From Chara braunii (lineage: Eukaryota > Plantae > Charophyceae): 64,000 nucleotides of DNA. Shown here piece by piece: positions 23,298-35,964 of the stretch. Location: contig BFEA01000002.1 in the NCBI GenBank assembly GCA_003427395.1, forward strand, positions 2,764,709 to 2,828,708, written 5' to 3'. The translations under genes were made by a program, and so were the position numbers. The notes below the pieces were generated by a model that was given only the letters and a program-made list of their open reading frames with translations, searched no databases and had not been told where the DNA came from. Each line of letters starts with the position of its first letter. Position 1 is the stretch's first letter.

Positions 23298-23421
23298 TCA
23301 TTAAACATAATTGCCCGCTAAACTGTAAGTAGAGAGGGAGAAGAAAAATGAGGGGTTGGGAGAAACTGTTTCGTTGGAGTTGCACGGACTCATCGCAAGG
23401 ATGAACCCTCAAACAGTCTGT
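23298..23421 (-). ncRNA. Degenerate third hammerhead repeat unit
   Basis: Minus strand ACAGACTGTTTGAGGGTTCATCCTTGCGATGAGTCCGTGCAACTCCAACGAAACAGTTT; core mutated (GCGATGA). Confidence 0.75.
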
Positions 23422-24058
23422 AGAGTCCCCTAATTGATTACAATGTAAGTGAAAATCCACCTTAACCCCGATTGTGGTTAAGCATCAGTGACTTCCCGAC
23501 AACCGATACCCTGAGGTGGGCACCAACCACTACCCTCGAGGTACGTATGCCAAAAATGAAAGCAAACTATCACTCCCTCATTTCCATGTGGTGTAGGGTT
23601 GCCACTGACCTTCGCAAATTTATGGCATGTTGTTGTTTTCATTCTCCTTTCTGTGTACGCTGTATACTACGGATATTTGTCGCCTCTTTGCTTTTTGTAG
23701 GAAATTCGGTAGTTTGATACTTTTTATGCGCGTATTTAGCAAGCACACATAAGTTTCTAAATTTGTTTTCATTAGACCCCCACATTCACATATTGGAATA
23801 TAAAGGCTATGCCGAGTGCCATCCTTTCCTCAAGTGGCTCTTGGTGCGTTTCCATTTTTTTATTTTTTACAGCCCTCTCTTCTCTTTTTTTTTGCATCTT
23901 CTTGATTTTTTTTTGGGTGCACATTTTGTTGCTAGCAAGCTTCAGTTACGATCACCACCTTTATCTTTTTTGGCATCCTCTATGCTCCTGCTCTTCGCAC
24001 ATTTTTTTGCATCCTCTATATATATTTGCCTCTATGTAGAAAAGAAACCTAGACGCTC

Positions 24059-24191
24059 ATTGAACGAACCCCGTGGAAATCATGTAACCTATGAATTGAG
24101 AATTCATAAGAAAACAAAATTGAAGGTTTTTTTTTTTTCCTTTTGCATTCTCAATTCATAGGCTACATGATTTCCATGGTGTTCATTCAAT
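24059..24191. repeat. Foldback / MITE-like inverted repeat with ~45-bp arms
   Basis: tggaaatcatgtaacctatgaattgagaat ... attctcaattcataggctacatgatttcca. Confidence 0.8.
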
Positions 24192-25096
24192 TACCGTTCC
24201 AGTTTCTTTTCTACATGTAAGCAAAAACGCACATCTTGGCCGCCATTATTTGTTTTGAACGGCGCCTCTGCACGCACGGCGCCCCCGAGTTTGGCTTGTG
24301 GCGACAAAAAGATTCTGCAAGGCCGGGGCCGTGTACTAACACTTTTTATGATATGATAAAAATGCGAAACCAGTGGACTCTTGGTCACGTCCACCTAATG
24401 CCAAAGTTTGATTAACGACTGTTTCTCCTCGAGGAATACCAGATTTTCACGAGGCTGATTTTGAGCGGCCATCCAAGCACAAATCAGGCTCCCAACAAGG
24501 CGCTGGGGTAAAGACAGATGGCGCCTGTACGAAGTCACTCAAGGCTTTCCACGCCGAGGGAAAACGCTTCTGTGAGCTTCCAGGCAAAAAGTGCAGCAAT
24601 TCGAACATCTCCGCCAAATCGCTGGACAAGACGTATTTTGAGGTAACATGTTTCTTTATTTTTTATAGTAACTGTAAAGAAGATTGATTGCATACTAATT
24701 TGCTTATTCATTCTTGATTCTAATCACACGTAGTCTACAACAAAACTATGCACAGAGTTTCTCTGTGGATCTTGGAAATAAAAGTTGGGTTTAGGATTCC
24801 CCGATTTGTCACAAAACACTAAAGCTGCCAGGCAGTGAACCACTTTCCGCATATAAACGAGTAAACGTGACGCGACCTGCTTGTTGAACACGTACAATTC
24901 TTGAATTCTTGCATCTTTTTTTAAGTTTTTTATTTGTCGACTTAAATTTTCTTGCGACGATTCATAGATCTCTGTAAACTGAATTGGAGATTTGTTTCTT
25001 GGATAGTAGAATCATTTCGTTCATACCATCGGATGGTTGGAAACATTAACACCACACATATCCCATACGAAAACGATATATTAACTGAGGTCTTAC

Positions 25097-25223
25097 ACCA
25101 CCAGTACCTCCACGTTTTTAGGCCGGTAACGCGGTGGCTGAATCGGTGCGTCGTAGAGGTCCATATGCATTTGCCTCAGAGACTACACAGAGGGGGCCTT
25201 AGACCAACTGAGGTACTGGTGGT
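25097..25223. mobile_element. MITE with ACCACCAGTAC TIRs (same TIR family as 46955-47105)
   Basis: accaccagtacctc ... gaggtactggtggt, right flank TTAA. Confidence 0.7.
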
Positions 25224-25230
25224 TTAATAA

Positions 25231-25376
25231 TTCTTCAGGATTTCCAGATCCAATGAGAATAAAAAACCTTAAGGACAAGATATTGATACTCCTCTCTCTA
25301 CAGTATTCCAACCAGAAGCAGCTGCATCCAATAAAACAACAACTAAGTGATCATCTAATAGATTTACTTCATCAAC
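25231..25376 (-). pseudogene. chlI: Plastid-type Mg-chelatase subunit I fragment (NUPT)
   Basis: Translates with indels as [30 protein letters not shown]...FILIGSGNPEE. Confidence 0.85.
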
Positions 25377-25672
25377 GTTAGCCAACAGTGTTCTTTACTT
25401 TATAAGAAAGATTAGTGTTCTTTACTTTATATAAGAAAGATTATGTTTACCTTTTATTTCAAAGGATTATGATTTGATGTTTTCATCTATGTGATTACTA
25501 TGCGGGTGAGTTTTCATATTTCAAGGACAGCGCTTAGAGGAATAGTCTCCTGTCTTTTATCAATTTTTGAATTTTTTTTCTAATATTAATATATTATAGC
25601 AATGTTTTTTATACTGGAGACTTTTCGACTTCAAAAAGAGAACACAGAAAAATAAATTAACTAAAAATAAAA

Positions 25673-25789
25673 ATGGCAAGTAGTATTGGTATCAGACCCG
25701 CTGAAATCAGCAGTATCATCCGTAAAAAAAATCAAAGAATATAACCAAGAAGTAAAAATTCAAAATTGTCAATATTGACACAGTTCTTC
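25673..25789 (+). pseudogene. atpA: Plastid ATP synthase alpha N-terminal fragment (NUPT)
   Basis: IRPAEISSIIRK.IKEYNQEVKI.VNIDTVL with frameshifts. Confidence 0.8.
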
Positions 25790-25952
25790 GCAGGGGACAT
25801 GCGTCATTGCGTACTTTATAACAGACCGGATCACTCCTTGGGGCTCATGTAACGAATAAATACTATTCAACATCGCGCAGACTCGAATTAATCCCACCTG
25901 ACACTCAAATTAACATTTATTCAACACAGTTAAGCCAGTGTTAATCAAACTA

Positions 25953-26064
25953 GTCCTTCGGGACATCCGTTAAAATTGGAACCATACAGAGACGATTAGC
26001 ATGGCCCCTGCGCAAGGATGACACGCATAAATCGAGAAATGATCGAAATTAAAAAAAAAAAAAA
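25953..26064 (+). pseudogene. U6: Retroposed full-length U6 snRNA copy with poly(A) and target-site duplication
   Basis: GTCCTTCGGGACATCCG..ACAGAGA..ATTAGCATGGCCCCTGCGCAAGGATGACACGCATAAATCGAG; A-tail; TSD agtgtt(a/c)atcaaact at 25937-25951 and 26064-26078. Confidence 0.93.
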
Positions 26065-28414
26065 GTGTTCATCAAACTCGTGTAAAAAAATCAACATTAC
26101 AAAGCATAGATCCCAACCCATAGGACCTCCACAGAGTACATGCAGGTTTTATAACCAAGATCGGATCGCTCCTCAGGAGTCATGTAATGAATAAAATTAT
26201 TCAACGTCTAGCAGACTCGAATTAATTAAAGTTTCAATTACTGCTTCCCCAATCTATGACAGCCTCAGGTTTTATATAATTGTATTGTATTATTAAACAC
26301 AACACAAGTCCCCAACTTAACAACCACGGATCGAGTTTGTGCCAATACTCAGCCCCCCCCCCTCATTTTCCAGGATATCCAGTACAAATACATGTCCCAT
26401 GCTAAATGGCTGCCCTCTGGTCTTTTCCTTCCTTCACTAAGCAACAACTTGCTCGCCCCGTATGGGACACATATTCCCGGGACCACGACCGCCCCAACCT
26501 CCTGAAGGAAACCGCATTCTCTCACACAGGATGACACTCATTCCCCCCGTTCAGACAGGCCTGGCTCCACTACACAGAATGCTAATGGTATCTGGACCTG
26601 TTAGAGGCCCAAGACATTCAAAATGCATCCAGTCTATGTGCCAAGTTCAGATACTTGTCAAATGTTGAGCAGTGGAGCTAGCCTGTAGGCACCTAGACAA
26701 AGATAGGCCCTAGTCGAAACCACCCGTCTCCAATAAAAGTGAACCCAGCAACAGCATACGTTGCTGGCCAGCGGCCAGCCAATCCACTTGGCGGCCATGC
26801 AATCGCAATTCAGATGCAAAGAAAAAGAAAACGGACATTGAACGGCACCAAAAATGAATGACAATTTAACACATGATGATGGAAACATGACACGACAGCA
26901 AATTATTCTCCACGGTTGTTGCTGGGGGAAGCCAGCGGTTGTTCAGCGTCAGACCGAGTCGCGAGACAATATACCCTTCACCTGCATGTGCACCGCACCG
27001 CCCCCACCAATGTACCGAAGGTGGGAGGGTCACTTCAAAATGATTCATCGTACACATCTTTCGTCATGCAACTAACATGCTTATTATGAACAAATGGAAA
27101 ATATCAATCACAGCGCATCCGCGACAATCGTGATGAATGGTCCATCAAAAACAGCAGTCTTGCTCAGACATCGTTGAAAACTCGCCTACAGTTCTTAATA
27201 CTTCTTATTAACAAATTGACATTGACGACAGCTCCAAGACCTTCCGGAGAAGAAAGGCGGAATTTATGATCAACACAGCACCTAAAAATGTAACATGTTA
27301 AAAAAAAAAAAACTTCCAATTCGAAAATGAAACGAGTGTGAAAAGTGTGACACCTCTCCCTTCCAAGCGTGCACTCCTACAGAATAAAGAGAAAAGGGAT
27401 AGAATGAAGGGCGCCAAGTGCCTACCAGAAGGTCTGCTTACCAAAAAAGCTTAGACGAAAGGAAACACTAAAGCTAATGATAAAAAGTTCAGAACATGGA
27501 AAAATAACAATAGCCTGGACTATACAACGAGTACAATGCCACTCCGAGTACGCCGCCAAATCTTCCCAGCACTGAAAAGGACGGAAACGTCAGCGTCTAC
27601 GGCTGCTCAACGATGGCGGGCTGCCACCGATCTGCAGTGCCTCACACATACATGTGCAGACAATACACCTCCACGTACAAGGTTCGGATATCCACATGCA
27701 GCGGGGCTCACCTATGCACATAGACATGTGTCCCAGCAGACTCCCTCTCACTATCACAAGTGCGCATACAGTGGATTTCGGCCTTGCCACCAAAAACCCT
27801 TCACCAACCCAAAAGCCGTGATGGGAGTTCAATCCAAAGCTTGTGCTCATTTCACTTCTTGTCGATGGGAAATTTTAACAGCACATCTCTCTTCACTCCC
27901 GCGACACGACTGCAAGATTCCTTGCAAATACGAAACATGAGTCACATGGGCAGAGAGGACGGTCAATCGACTGTCTTCCCTCTGCACAACTCTCCTCAAG
28001 AACTCCCCTCCTCAGTCCTTGAGGCAAAATACAGGCTCCAGTCATCCCAACCCTGCAAGAAAAGCACCACCTCAGCGTTCCGTGCACCACATACAGGTAA
28101 CCTCTTCGGCCAATCGACTATCTCAGGAAGGCCGCATGGAACAACCGGGTGCCAGATAATCATTCTCCACACCATGCAATGCAGAGCCCAGGCGAAAACA
28201 AGCTCGAATGTCATCGAGATATGTACGCAAAAAGGAACGAGGAAGAGCGTACAGTACCCCTGTCCTATAACACCCTACTTGCAGGACAGGCAACCTGCTC
28301 GACATTCCTTAGCGCATTCCAGCACACTAAAGCCCATCTTCCGCTACAGACTCGACTTTGTGCATCCCTACCACATAACTTAGCGCTTTCAAAAGCTCAA
28401 AATCAATCATGACC

Positions 28415-28487
<73 letters not shown>

Positions 28488-29370
28488 AACAATCGCAGCC
28501 GCTGTGCAGGCCCCCTACATGTGGAGACAGGCCTGCAGTTTCACCTCAAGAATGGTGTTCGCTTCAATCCACAAGCTCGCCAAACGGGCATGCAACATTC
28601 GGAAGCTCTGCACACACATTCCGGACGACATGAAACAGCTGCACTCACCACAGAAATGCCAGTATTTCTTTTCCCCCTTCGCTTTCTTCCATTGCACCTT
28701 GAATGAAGCAGGCACTATCACAACAACTACAAAATGAACAGTCAAAAAGAGAAGCAAAATGAAGAATCGCGCCTCCGCCCAAATCTACAATAGCCATCAG
28801 GAGAACCGCCACACAACCGCAGCGAAACGACCTGTCCCCTTCGACATTCCATCTTCTTTTCCTGTGCCCTCTAAACAGGATCTTATGAAGGACAACTAAA
28901 GCAGCAACCCTGCTCCAGAATGTTCCTGTTCCTCTGCCAGACAAGGGATCGCCTCTCCACCTAAACACGAACATAGTTCTGTCAAAACTGCCACAGAGGC
29001 TGCCTTCTACCAAAAAGAATCACCACTACACCGTTGGATCGATGCACCATACGGAAGCCGATCAACTACAGCAAGCGCTAGGAATCCCAGGACAGCAGCA
29101 AGTGCAATGCCCTCAAAAGATGAGAAAGACAACGACCCAAATAAACAGAGTCGTCAAATTAGACCCTTGTTTTCATTCGTTTCACACTCCTAGCCTCCAG
29201 AACGTTGTGATGGCCACTCACACACACTGGGCTACTCGTTCCTAATCTCTCCCATTCTGATGTCTTTCTCACACAGAATCCCCTGGGCCCAGCCTCACTG
29301 CCTGCTTCAAAGGGTTGAGCCTCCGAATCTGTTAGCACAGCCATTCCATTTCTGATGCCCTTGGTTTTCA

Positions 29371-29452
<82 letters not shown>

Positions 29453-29505
29453 CACACACCCCTGCACATTCACACGTGCCTAATCTTTTCCGTTGTTTCT
29501 CCTAC

Positions 29506-29568
<63 letters not shown>

Positions 29569-29658
29569 AGACACACCCAAACCCCTCATGTCATGGCTTT
29601 TTTGTCAGGAGGCCACACACCTGAGTCTCTGTGTCTATTTTCCGTACGCTCGTTGCTC

Positions 29659-30438
29659 TCAGCTCACTGTATACACAGCCGGGACATAGTACCGTGGCGT
29701 GTCATATCTTGGAGTCATGATGTTTATGGCTCCCTCTCCACACCTCGGCGTCCCATCCCATTCACGCTTTCTGGGGGTGCCCGCATCCCAATCCTTTGCA
29801 CAAGGGAACTCCCTGTCCCTCCAGCTTTCACTTGCTCCCACTGACTTGGCACTTTTCGGGGAGTTAGTCCAACGCAGTGCAAACGGTGATCCAGAGCCAG
29901 CCGGCGACCTTGCGCAGCCAAATGGGTCCCATTGGTCACCCTCCGGCACACGCTTTCTCATCGGCATGGTGCGCAATCTGATGGCCGCAGCAGGAGGACA
30001 AGATAATCTCTGCGCCTCTTGCAAAAAATCATCGTCGAGCTGCGAGCAAACTCGCTCTGCCTTTGCTGAGCTGCACCTGAAAGGATCCCACTGATCCTCG
30101 TCCTCACGACGACGCCACGGGCTTGTCAGAGGCCGCAGATGAAACTGCGGAGCCTGCTCCTCCTCAGGTGCGGCAGGATGGTCTGGCATCAACCTGGATG
30201 TGCGAGGCGGTACCCGGATCCGAAGGTGCGTCTGCGGGAGGGCGTCATCCACGTTACCCGTTGGCGCTGCCTCCTTGCACTGGGAAGCCGGACTTGGCAG
30301 CGCCGAAATACCACTGGACGGCAGACCTGTCAACGGGATCTGTAGGACCTTTTCCACGGGACTCGATGACAACCCCAGCAGCCGTTCTCGGTGACTTGCA
30401 CGATCCTGCTGTCTGCGCCATCCAGGGCCACTGATCAC
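29659..30438 (-). CDS. Possible exon of a low-complexity protein with a repeated DQWDPF motif
   Basis: 260-codon GC-rich open frame, candidate acceptor TTTTGTGAAG|GTG; no recognisable domain. Confidence 0.3.
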   Translation of the reverse strand: MISGPGWRRQQDRASHRERLLGLSSSPVEKVLQIPLTGLPSSGISALPSPASQCKEAAPTGNVDDALPQTHLRIRVPPRTSRLMPDHPAAPEEEQAPQFHLRPLTSPWRRREDEDQWDPFRCSSAKAERVCSQLDDDFLQEAQRLSCPPAAAIRLRTMPMRKRVPEGDQWDPFGCARSPAGSGSPFALRWTNSPKSAKSVGASESWRDREFPCAKDWDAGTPRKREWDGTPRCGEGAINIMTPRYDTPRYYVPAVYTVS

Positions 30439-31163
30439 CTTCACAAAATCATCGTATGCAAGCCTCCCATCCTGTCAAGCACGAAGGCAATAAACCACAC
30501 AAACGTAACAAGACCCCATTAGCTCCAAAAGCACACCATCTTATCGTGCACTCGAACAAATCGTCCAAAGGCATCCCAAGACCCACATACACCTCGCGGA
30601 TATGAACTAAACACCGTGCAAGGTTATGAAACGAGCAAGCATTCGACTTCAACGGTCAGGCCATGCAGACACCATCCCGAGCTAGTTATCCACGATTCCA
30701 AAGATTTGTTCACCAGTCCATCTACGACTTCCGTTCATCAGTCCATCTACGACTTCCGTGCTGTGTGAGCAGGTGTTCACAATAGCCTCATCCTATTCAA
30801 CCCCTAATTTAAACCACCATGTCAGAAAAGCGCCAACCCGCTCCGCTGGGAAGGACCATATTATTTCACGAGTGCACGGTTTAGGTGAGGGAACGGTGGA
30901 TACCTCTTCCCTCGGTTCCTTGTATATTGGCAGCGTGATCATCTCCAAACTAAATCACTCTTCCATACAAAACTCTGCATGGGCCATGCAGCATCTGTGA
31001 GAAAGTAATAGCTACCGGTAGTAGAGGTGGCGATGCTTTTAGTATTTCTCGTTCTGGGGAGAAGTTTCCTGTTCCAGCGCTTGTCGTGGGCACAAAGGAA
31101 AGGTTCTGCTGGAAATGTGCACCTACTTGACCAAAAAGCCTGAGCTGCTTGCTCCTAAATTAA

Positions 31164-31237
31164 AAAAGGGGTTGCCCCGGACCATGTTGCGGTAATAAAT
31201 ATTATTACCAGCAACACGGACCGAGGCAACCCCTTTT
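31164..31237. repeat. ~74-nt hairpin
   Basis: aaaaggggttgcc..tgttgc-ggtaataa / ttattacc-agcaaca..ggcaacccctttt. Confidence 0.75.
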
Positions 31238-31578
31238 CGACCTGTAAGACCAGGTGCTGAAGATCTTCGCTACAATACTATAGCCATTTCAACTACTCGA
31301 GCCAACCCCTCCAGGTGCTGCAGATCTTGGTGGCAAAGCGCTAGCCACTTTACCTACTCAAGGCATCACTACCAGGTTATAAGGATCTCTTTGATACCAG
31401 AGAGAATGTCCAACCACCCAATGGGAGCCCCCTTCGCATAGCTGCCCCTGTTTCAGGGGGCCCATTTTTCTCACCCGAAAGCCCCCAAGCCCTAACAGCA
31501 AACTATCTCACGGAATCCTAACAGGAAACTATCCACCCGTTTGTGGCGGTTATCAATTCGTCCTTCGCCGAACATTTT

Positions 31579-31785
31579 AACGGAATGAAGAAATGAGCGC
31601 TGCCCCCTTTCCATGGGAGGGATACCAGTTTTATTTCGGTATAACCCCATCACTTCTAACGTAATGAAGAAATGAATGCAGCACACCATTTTCATGGAAG
31701 AGATACCAGTTTTATTACAGTACCCCCATCGCTTCAACGGGATGAAGAAATGAACGCAGCCCCCTTTTTTTTCATGGGAGAGAAC
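31579..31785. repeat. Degenerate tandem repeat, ~78-bp period, ~2.5 copies
   Basis: Recurrent aacg..atgaagaaatga..catgg..gataccagttttatt. Confidence 0.7.
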
Positions 31786-34700
31786 TTTCTGCCCACCTAT
31801 TCCAAGGCTTACGCTATCACTCATAAATTCCCAATTTTTATTTCCTCCACGATACAGTTGTGCAAGATCTGCTATTGCGACTTCCTTAAGCACCGTCGAG
31901 TCCCACAGGATAAGTGCTCCCTCTAGATTGGGATTGTGGTGTATCAACAGTTCTTGGCATCTCATTGAGCCACTCTCGGGTTCTGCCTGCTGATTAGACT
32001 GATAACATCAGCAGCTGCAACAGGCCCTCTGCATACATAAGTGTGTATCTAATTTCGTCTTAAGTACCCCCCGGAAGAAGGACGGTCAACAGAGATCCAT
32101 CAATCAGGCAGCCACGAATCTTTAATTTGCATCCAGGACATCATAGAGACACTGGAGACAGCTGAGAAGTAAAGCGTACGCATGCAATCGGTCCTCAAAG
32201 CCAGAGCGGAAGCCTTGAGCGTTAAACGTGCGAGCGTTCATCCCACGAGACGAGTCCATGCTCAGTTTTTCCAGGAGGAAAAAAAGGGGGGAAACAATTC
32301 TAAAAGCTTCTTGTTTTTACTTTCAAAAAATACATACTCACTTGGAAGTTGGATCCCATCACAATGCGTTCAGTGGGACAGAGAAGGGAAAAGAGATGTC
32401 AATCAGAGACACGTCAGTCGTGCATCTGTAAATTGGAATTAACGAGGAAGCCCGATGGAATAATAGGAGGCTGATAAGCGAGAGGGAGGCATGTAAGTGC
32501 ACCTGAGAAGCATGGAGGTCGTTCGTAGATCCCTCGAGGCTTGCACATGCACTACTGCACCTGAGTACCTTGGAGATTATGCGAAGATTCCTTGAGGCTT
32601 GGATGAGCACACTGCTCCAACCAAGCCCATCCCCTTTCCACCCCTCTTCAACATCCGACCTCTACCACCACCATCTCTCGACTCCTCCCATCAATCGCCA
32701 TTTGCTTCCACCTTTCCTTCCATTCATTCCTCTTCCATGGTCTCACAGTCCTAGAGCTGATGTCCGTCCTGTGGAGCTCAAACTCTCGACAATTATGAAT
32801 CCGCGAAACGAGGACAGTCACACATGTGTCCAGTGTTCAGCCACCTGATTAGGCATCTGGACACCAGGCCAAACTCACGTTGCCTGCAACAGGCATCTCC
32901 CTTTGAGCGCAGCAAATTATCCTCCCAAACACGTGACAATCGCACTTCCCCACATGCCAAGCCTTGTGAGACAATTCATCCTGTGAAGATAGGGCCGCAG
33001 CCCCATCAAAATGGGAAACAGTGGTGGAATAGGAGGTGAGCTCGCAATAGGAAATCGGAGAGTAACGAGTGCCAACACAGGAACCAAAGTCGACCGCAGT
33101 CCCCCCAAAGTCGTGGATACAGGCCGCTTCAGCAAGCTCATGCTGCCATCAAATGAGTTGAAAGAAGACGGACACAGAGAAGCAGGACTGCGTATGGGAA
33201 TCAGGACAATGTAGCTGATAAATATGGTGGGCAGCTAGCCAGACAAATGAGGGGGGACCCTTTATCACCAATCACGATAAGGAGACGAAAGTCCCCACAA
33301 AATCATGCACACAAGATTTGTGTCTTCTTCGATAGCTCGAAATGCCATCAGGATTGAGAAAAAAAGAACAGGAAAGGAGGACCATCGAACCACCTAGTAC
33401 GTACGGAGCACTCGCGAGAGGGACGCTTTATGAGCAATCAGAATAAGGGATTTACTACTAAAAAATAGTGCATAAAGAGAATGCACAACCCCACAAACCG
33501 CAAGATCATGAATTCACTACCCAACAAATGCGTAGTTATGAAGGATTCAGCAGCCCACAAAGCGCTAATTCAAAGGTTGATTCTTTCCTACCCGGCGGGG
33601 GAGGAGTAGCCGCGAAGCGAAGATTGGCAAAGATACAGCCAAGGCAACTGTGTAGAGAGGGAGCGAGCCAACACAAAAAACGCCGTGAGCATTAATTAGC
33701 CATCTTCCAGAAGCGTGTTAAGGACTTGGGAAAAAGAGGGAGGCAAACAGCTCCAGCGATCAGCTGCCATTGTTGTTGCAATGACAGGGCATCCTAGCAA
33801 AAAAAAAATTCTGCTGCAGGAACATCCAGAAAGACCAGTTGAATTGCGTTAGGCATTGACAAAAGAACCGCTCGGACAGTCGACTCCTCGGCCACTGCTC
33901 ATGTCAGCTAGAGAACTCCAAGATGCAAATAGTACAGACACAGAGTTATACTGAAATTGGAACAAGTTCGGACAACGTCCGTGGCACAGAATTGGCTCAC
34001 ATCATCATATCATCAGCCATCATGCTGGACAGCAAATACGAGATCGTCGTTCAAGCAACCTGGGCGTCCCAAAGAGCCATTCGGCCAAGGATACCTCAAA
34101 AAATGAAGCTCGGGAAAAGACACTCAACCGAAATGCACTTTCAACATGCGGACGATTCAACACACAGACGGAACACCACGCCGGACGATTGATCTGAGGG
34201 ATCCACAAGATGGAATTGTCAGTGGTGTGGGCTTTAGGAGGCGAGCCGAGGATATAACGAGGAATCAAGGTACCACCATGGAAAGACAACTAATCTATAG
34301 CACAAAGCCCAACACAACAACTCACATTGCCCATCCCAGCGCACAGCGACGCCGTTGATCTTTTGCTGGGCTGCCATCACAGTTGGCAACACAAGCACCA
34401 TTCTTATGCTTTTTTCCCCCCTTTCCTGAGGGCAATTGCGCCCGTCCTCTAAAGAACTGTATCTGCGGTGTGAAGAACAATAGGACGCCTACCTGGAAAG
34501 CTTGCACACAATCCACCATAGCTTTCATTTTACAAAAAAGGAGAAGGAAAAGAAAAAAACAAATGGGATTCGAAGGAAGGAAGTCTCCTTTCATTCTGCA
34601 AATCAGTACGAGAATTCCTCAAGATTATTCGCACAGCAATTTCGATACCAACAACCCAAAGGCAACCACAACAAAAAGGCGATACTCGTGACCGGCGGAT

Positions 34701-35408
34701 TCTAAGTGATCCATACTGGGCCTGCTAGGGGCTCGTAACATCGCCCAAACATGCCTATTCAAGGTTTCCCTGTCTTCGTGAAACAAATCGTATACTGCCA
34801 TGGCTATTATCCAAGACACAAGTCAGCATCCTGCTCTGATCCAATCACCCGCGGTTTTTCGGATTTACAGTTACATCACAGAAATCAGGTAGATTTGTTA
34901 TTGTTTTCCGTTATAACTAGAGCCGCACGATATTGTTTTCCGTTAACTAGAGACGCACGACTGTCTTTCTGCCTCTCCCTCCTTCCTTTCTCCACAAGCA
35001 CTCCGGTTTACTCTTCTGGATTGCTACACATCTCTCGTGTCTAACATTCTACTCGGTTCATCTACCAAAAATCCGTAAAGCCTAAGACCTTACGTGAGAC
35101 ATGAAAACATGAGTGCCATGTGTGTAATCCTAAAACAAAACACACAGAAACATTGACAGACGCGTTCAGTGAACAAAAACTGTGATGCATTCGGTTGTGG
35201 CTTGGTGTGGGCTACGTACGGAGAGGGCTCCAAAAGTCGAACAAAAGTGGCGCCATCTCTTCCAAATCTAGCTTGCTGAACTAAACTCTCAGATCGCAAT
35301 TACGAATATAGAGCCGCCTTGGCAGCATACATCTTCGAAACCACTCACAGAGAAGAGAAAGGCAACACAAGGGCACAACAAGGAGAGCACGCGCTATAAA
35401 AAACATCG

Positions 35409-35666
35409 TTAGAAGACTCGTACTTTGGCATCAAGCTGCTGTGCCTTGCTTTTTTCAGATTCCTCTAAGGTGTGCTCCAGAAAGCTTTCCTCGCTGCAAC
35501 TATTCATGACCTCCTCCATCTCCATGATATTGATGAATCCACTCTCTTCCCACTCCAGCTGCTTGAATGCATCTTGTAAATACTTTCCGCCCTCGATCGC
35601 ATGCAGATCCATGGTGGCAGCAACAAACTCCTTGTAGTTGATCCCACCCTTTCCTTCTGCATCAGC
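35409..35666 (-). CDS. CDPK exon 7 (EF-hand 2 and degenerate EF-hand 3; 3' end uncertain)
   Basis: TTTTCCAG|GCT acceptor; ADAEGKGGINYKEFVAATM..LQDAFKQL. Confidence 0.8.
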   Translation of the reverse strand, partial: ADAEGKGGINYKEFVAATMDLHAIEGGKYLQDAFKQLEWEESGFINIMEMEEVMNSCSEESFLEHTLEESEKSKAQQLDAKVRVF

Positions 35667-35855
35667 CTGGAAAAGCACATGCACCCAACGTCCAGAAGAC
35701 CACAAGCAAGTTTCCCACGGTTCAGAATGATGAAACCAGAAAGTCACACTTTCAGGCACTTCCGCTTCTCCCACGCCTGTTCCGTCACCGATTTTCTCAT
35801 CGAGTTCGTGTTAGTCCATACAGGCCTACAGAAAAGTAACACCGACAACCAGCAC

Positions 35856-35964
35856 TATCATCTTCACCCGAATAGAACGACCTATCGTTTTAGCCATATT
35901 TGGTGCAATTCGCAGTCCAGATACGGCTATAATGACCGGGCATTCTATTCGGGTGAAGACGGTA
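35856..35964. mobile_element. Tc1/mariner-type (TA-flanked) hairpin MITE, copy 1
   Basis: TA..tcttcacccgaatagaa ... ttctattcgggtgaagacgg TA; relatives at 44173-44280 and 45451-45558. Confidence 0.8.

Noticed and set aside
28417-29566. (CT)n(CA)n tracts and their SLSL/THTH ORFs (also 46624-46826, 63440-63530)
   Set aside because: Ordinary compound microsatellites, non-coding.
30090-30125. tcctcacg loop as an HDV-like ribozyme
   Set aside because: No P1/P2 pairing found.
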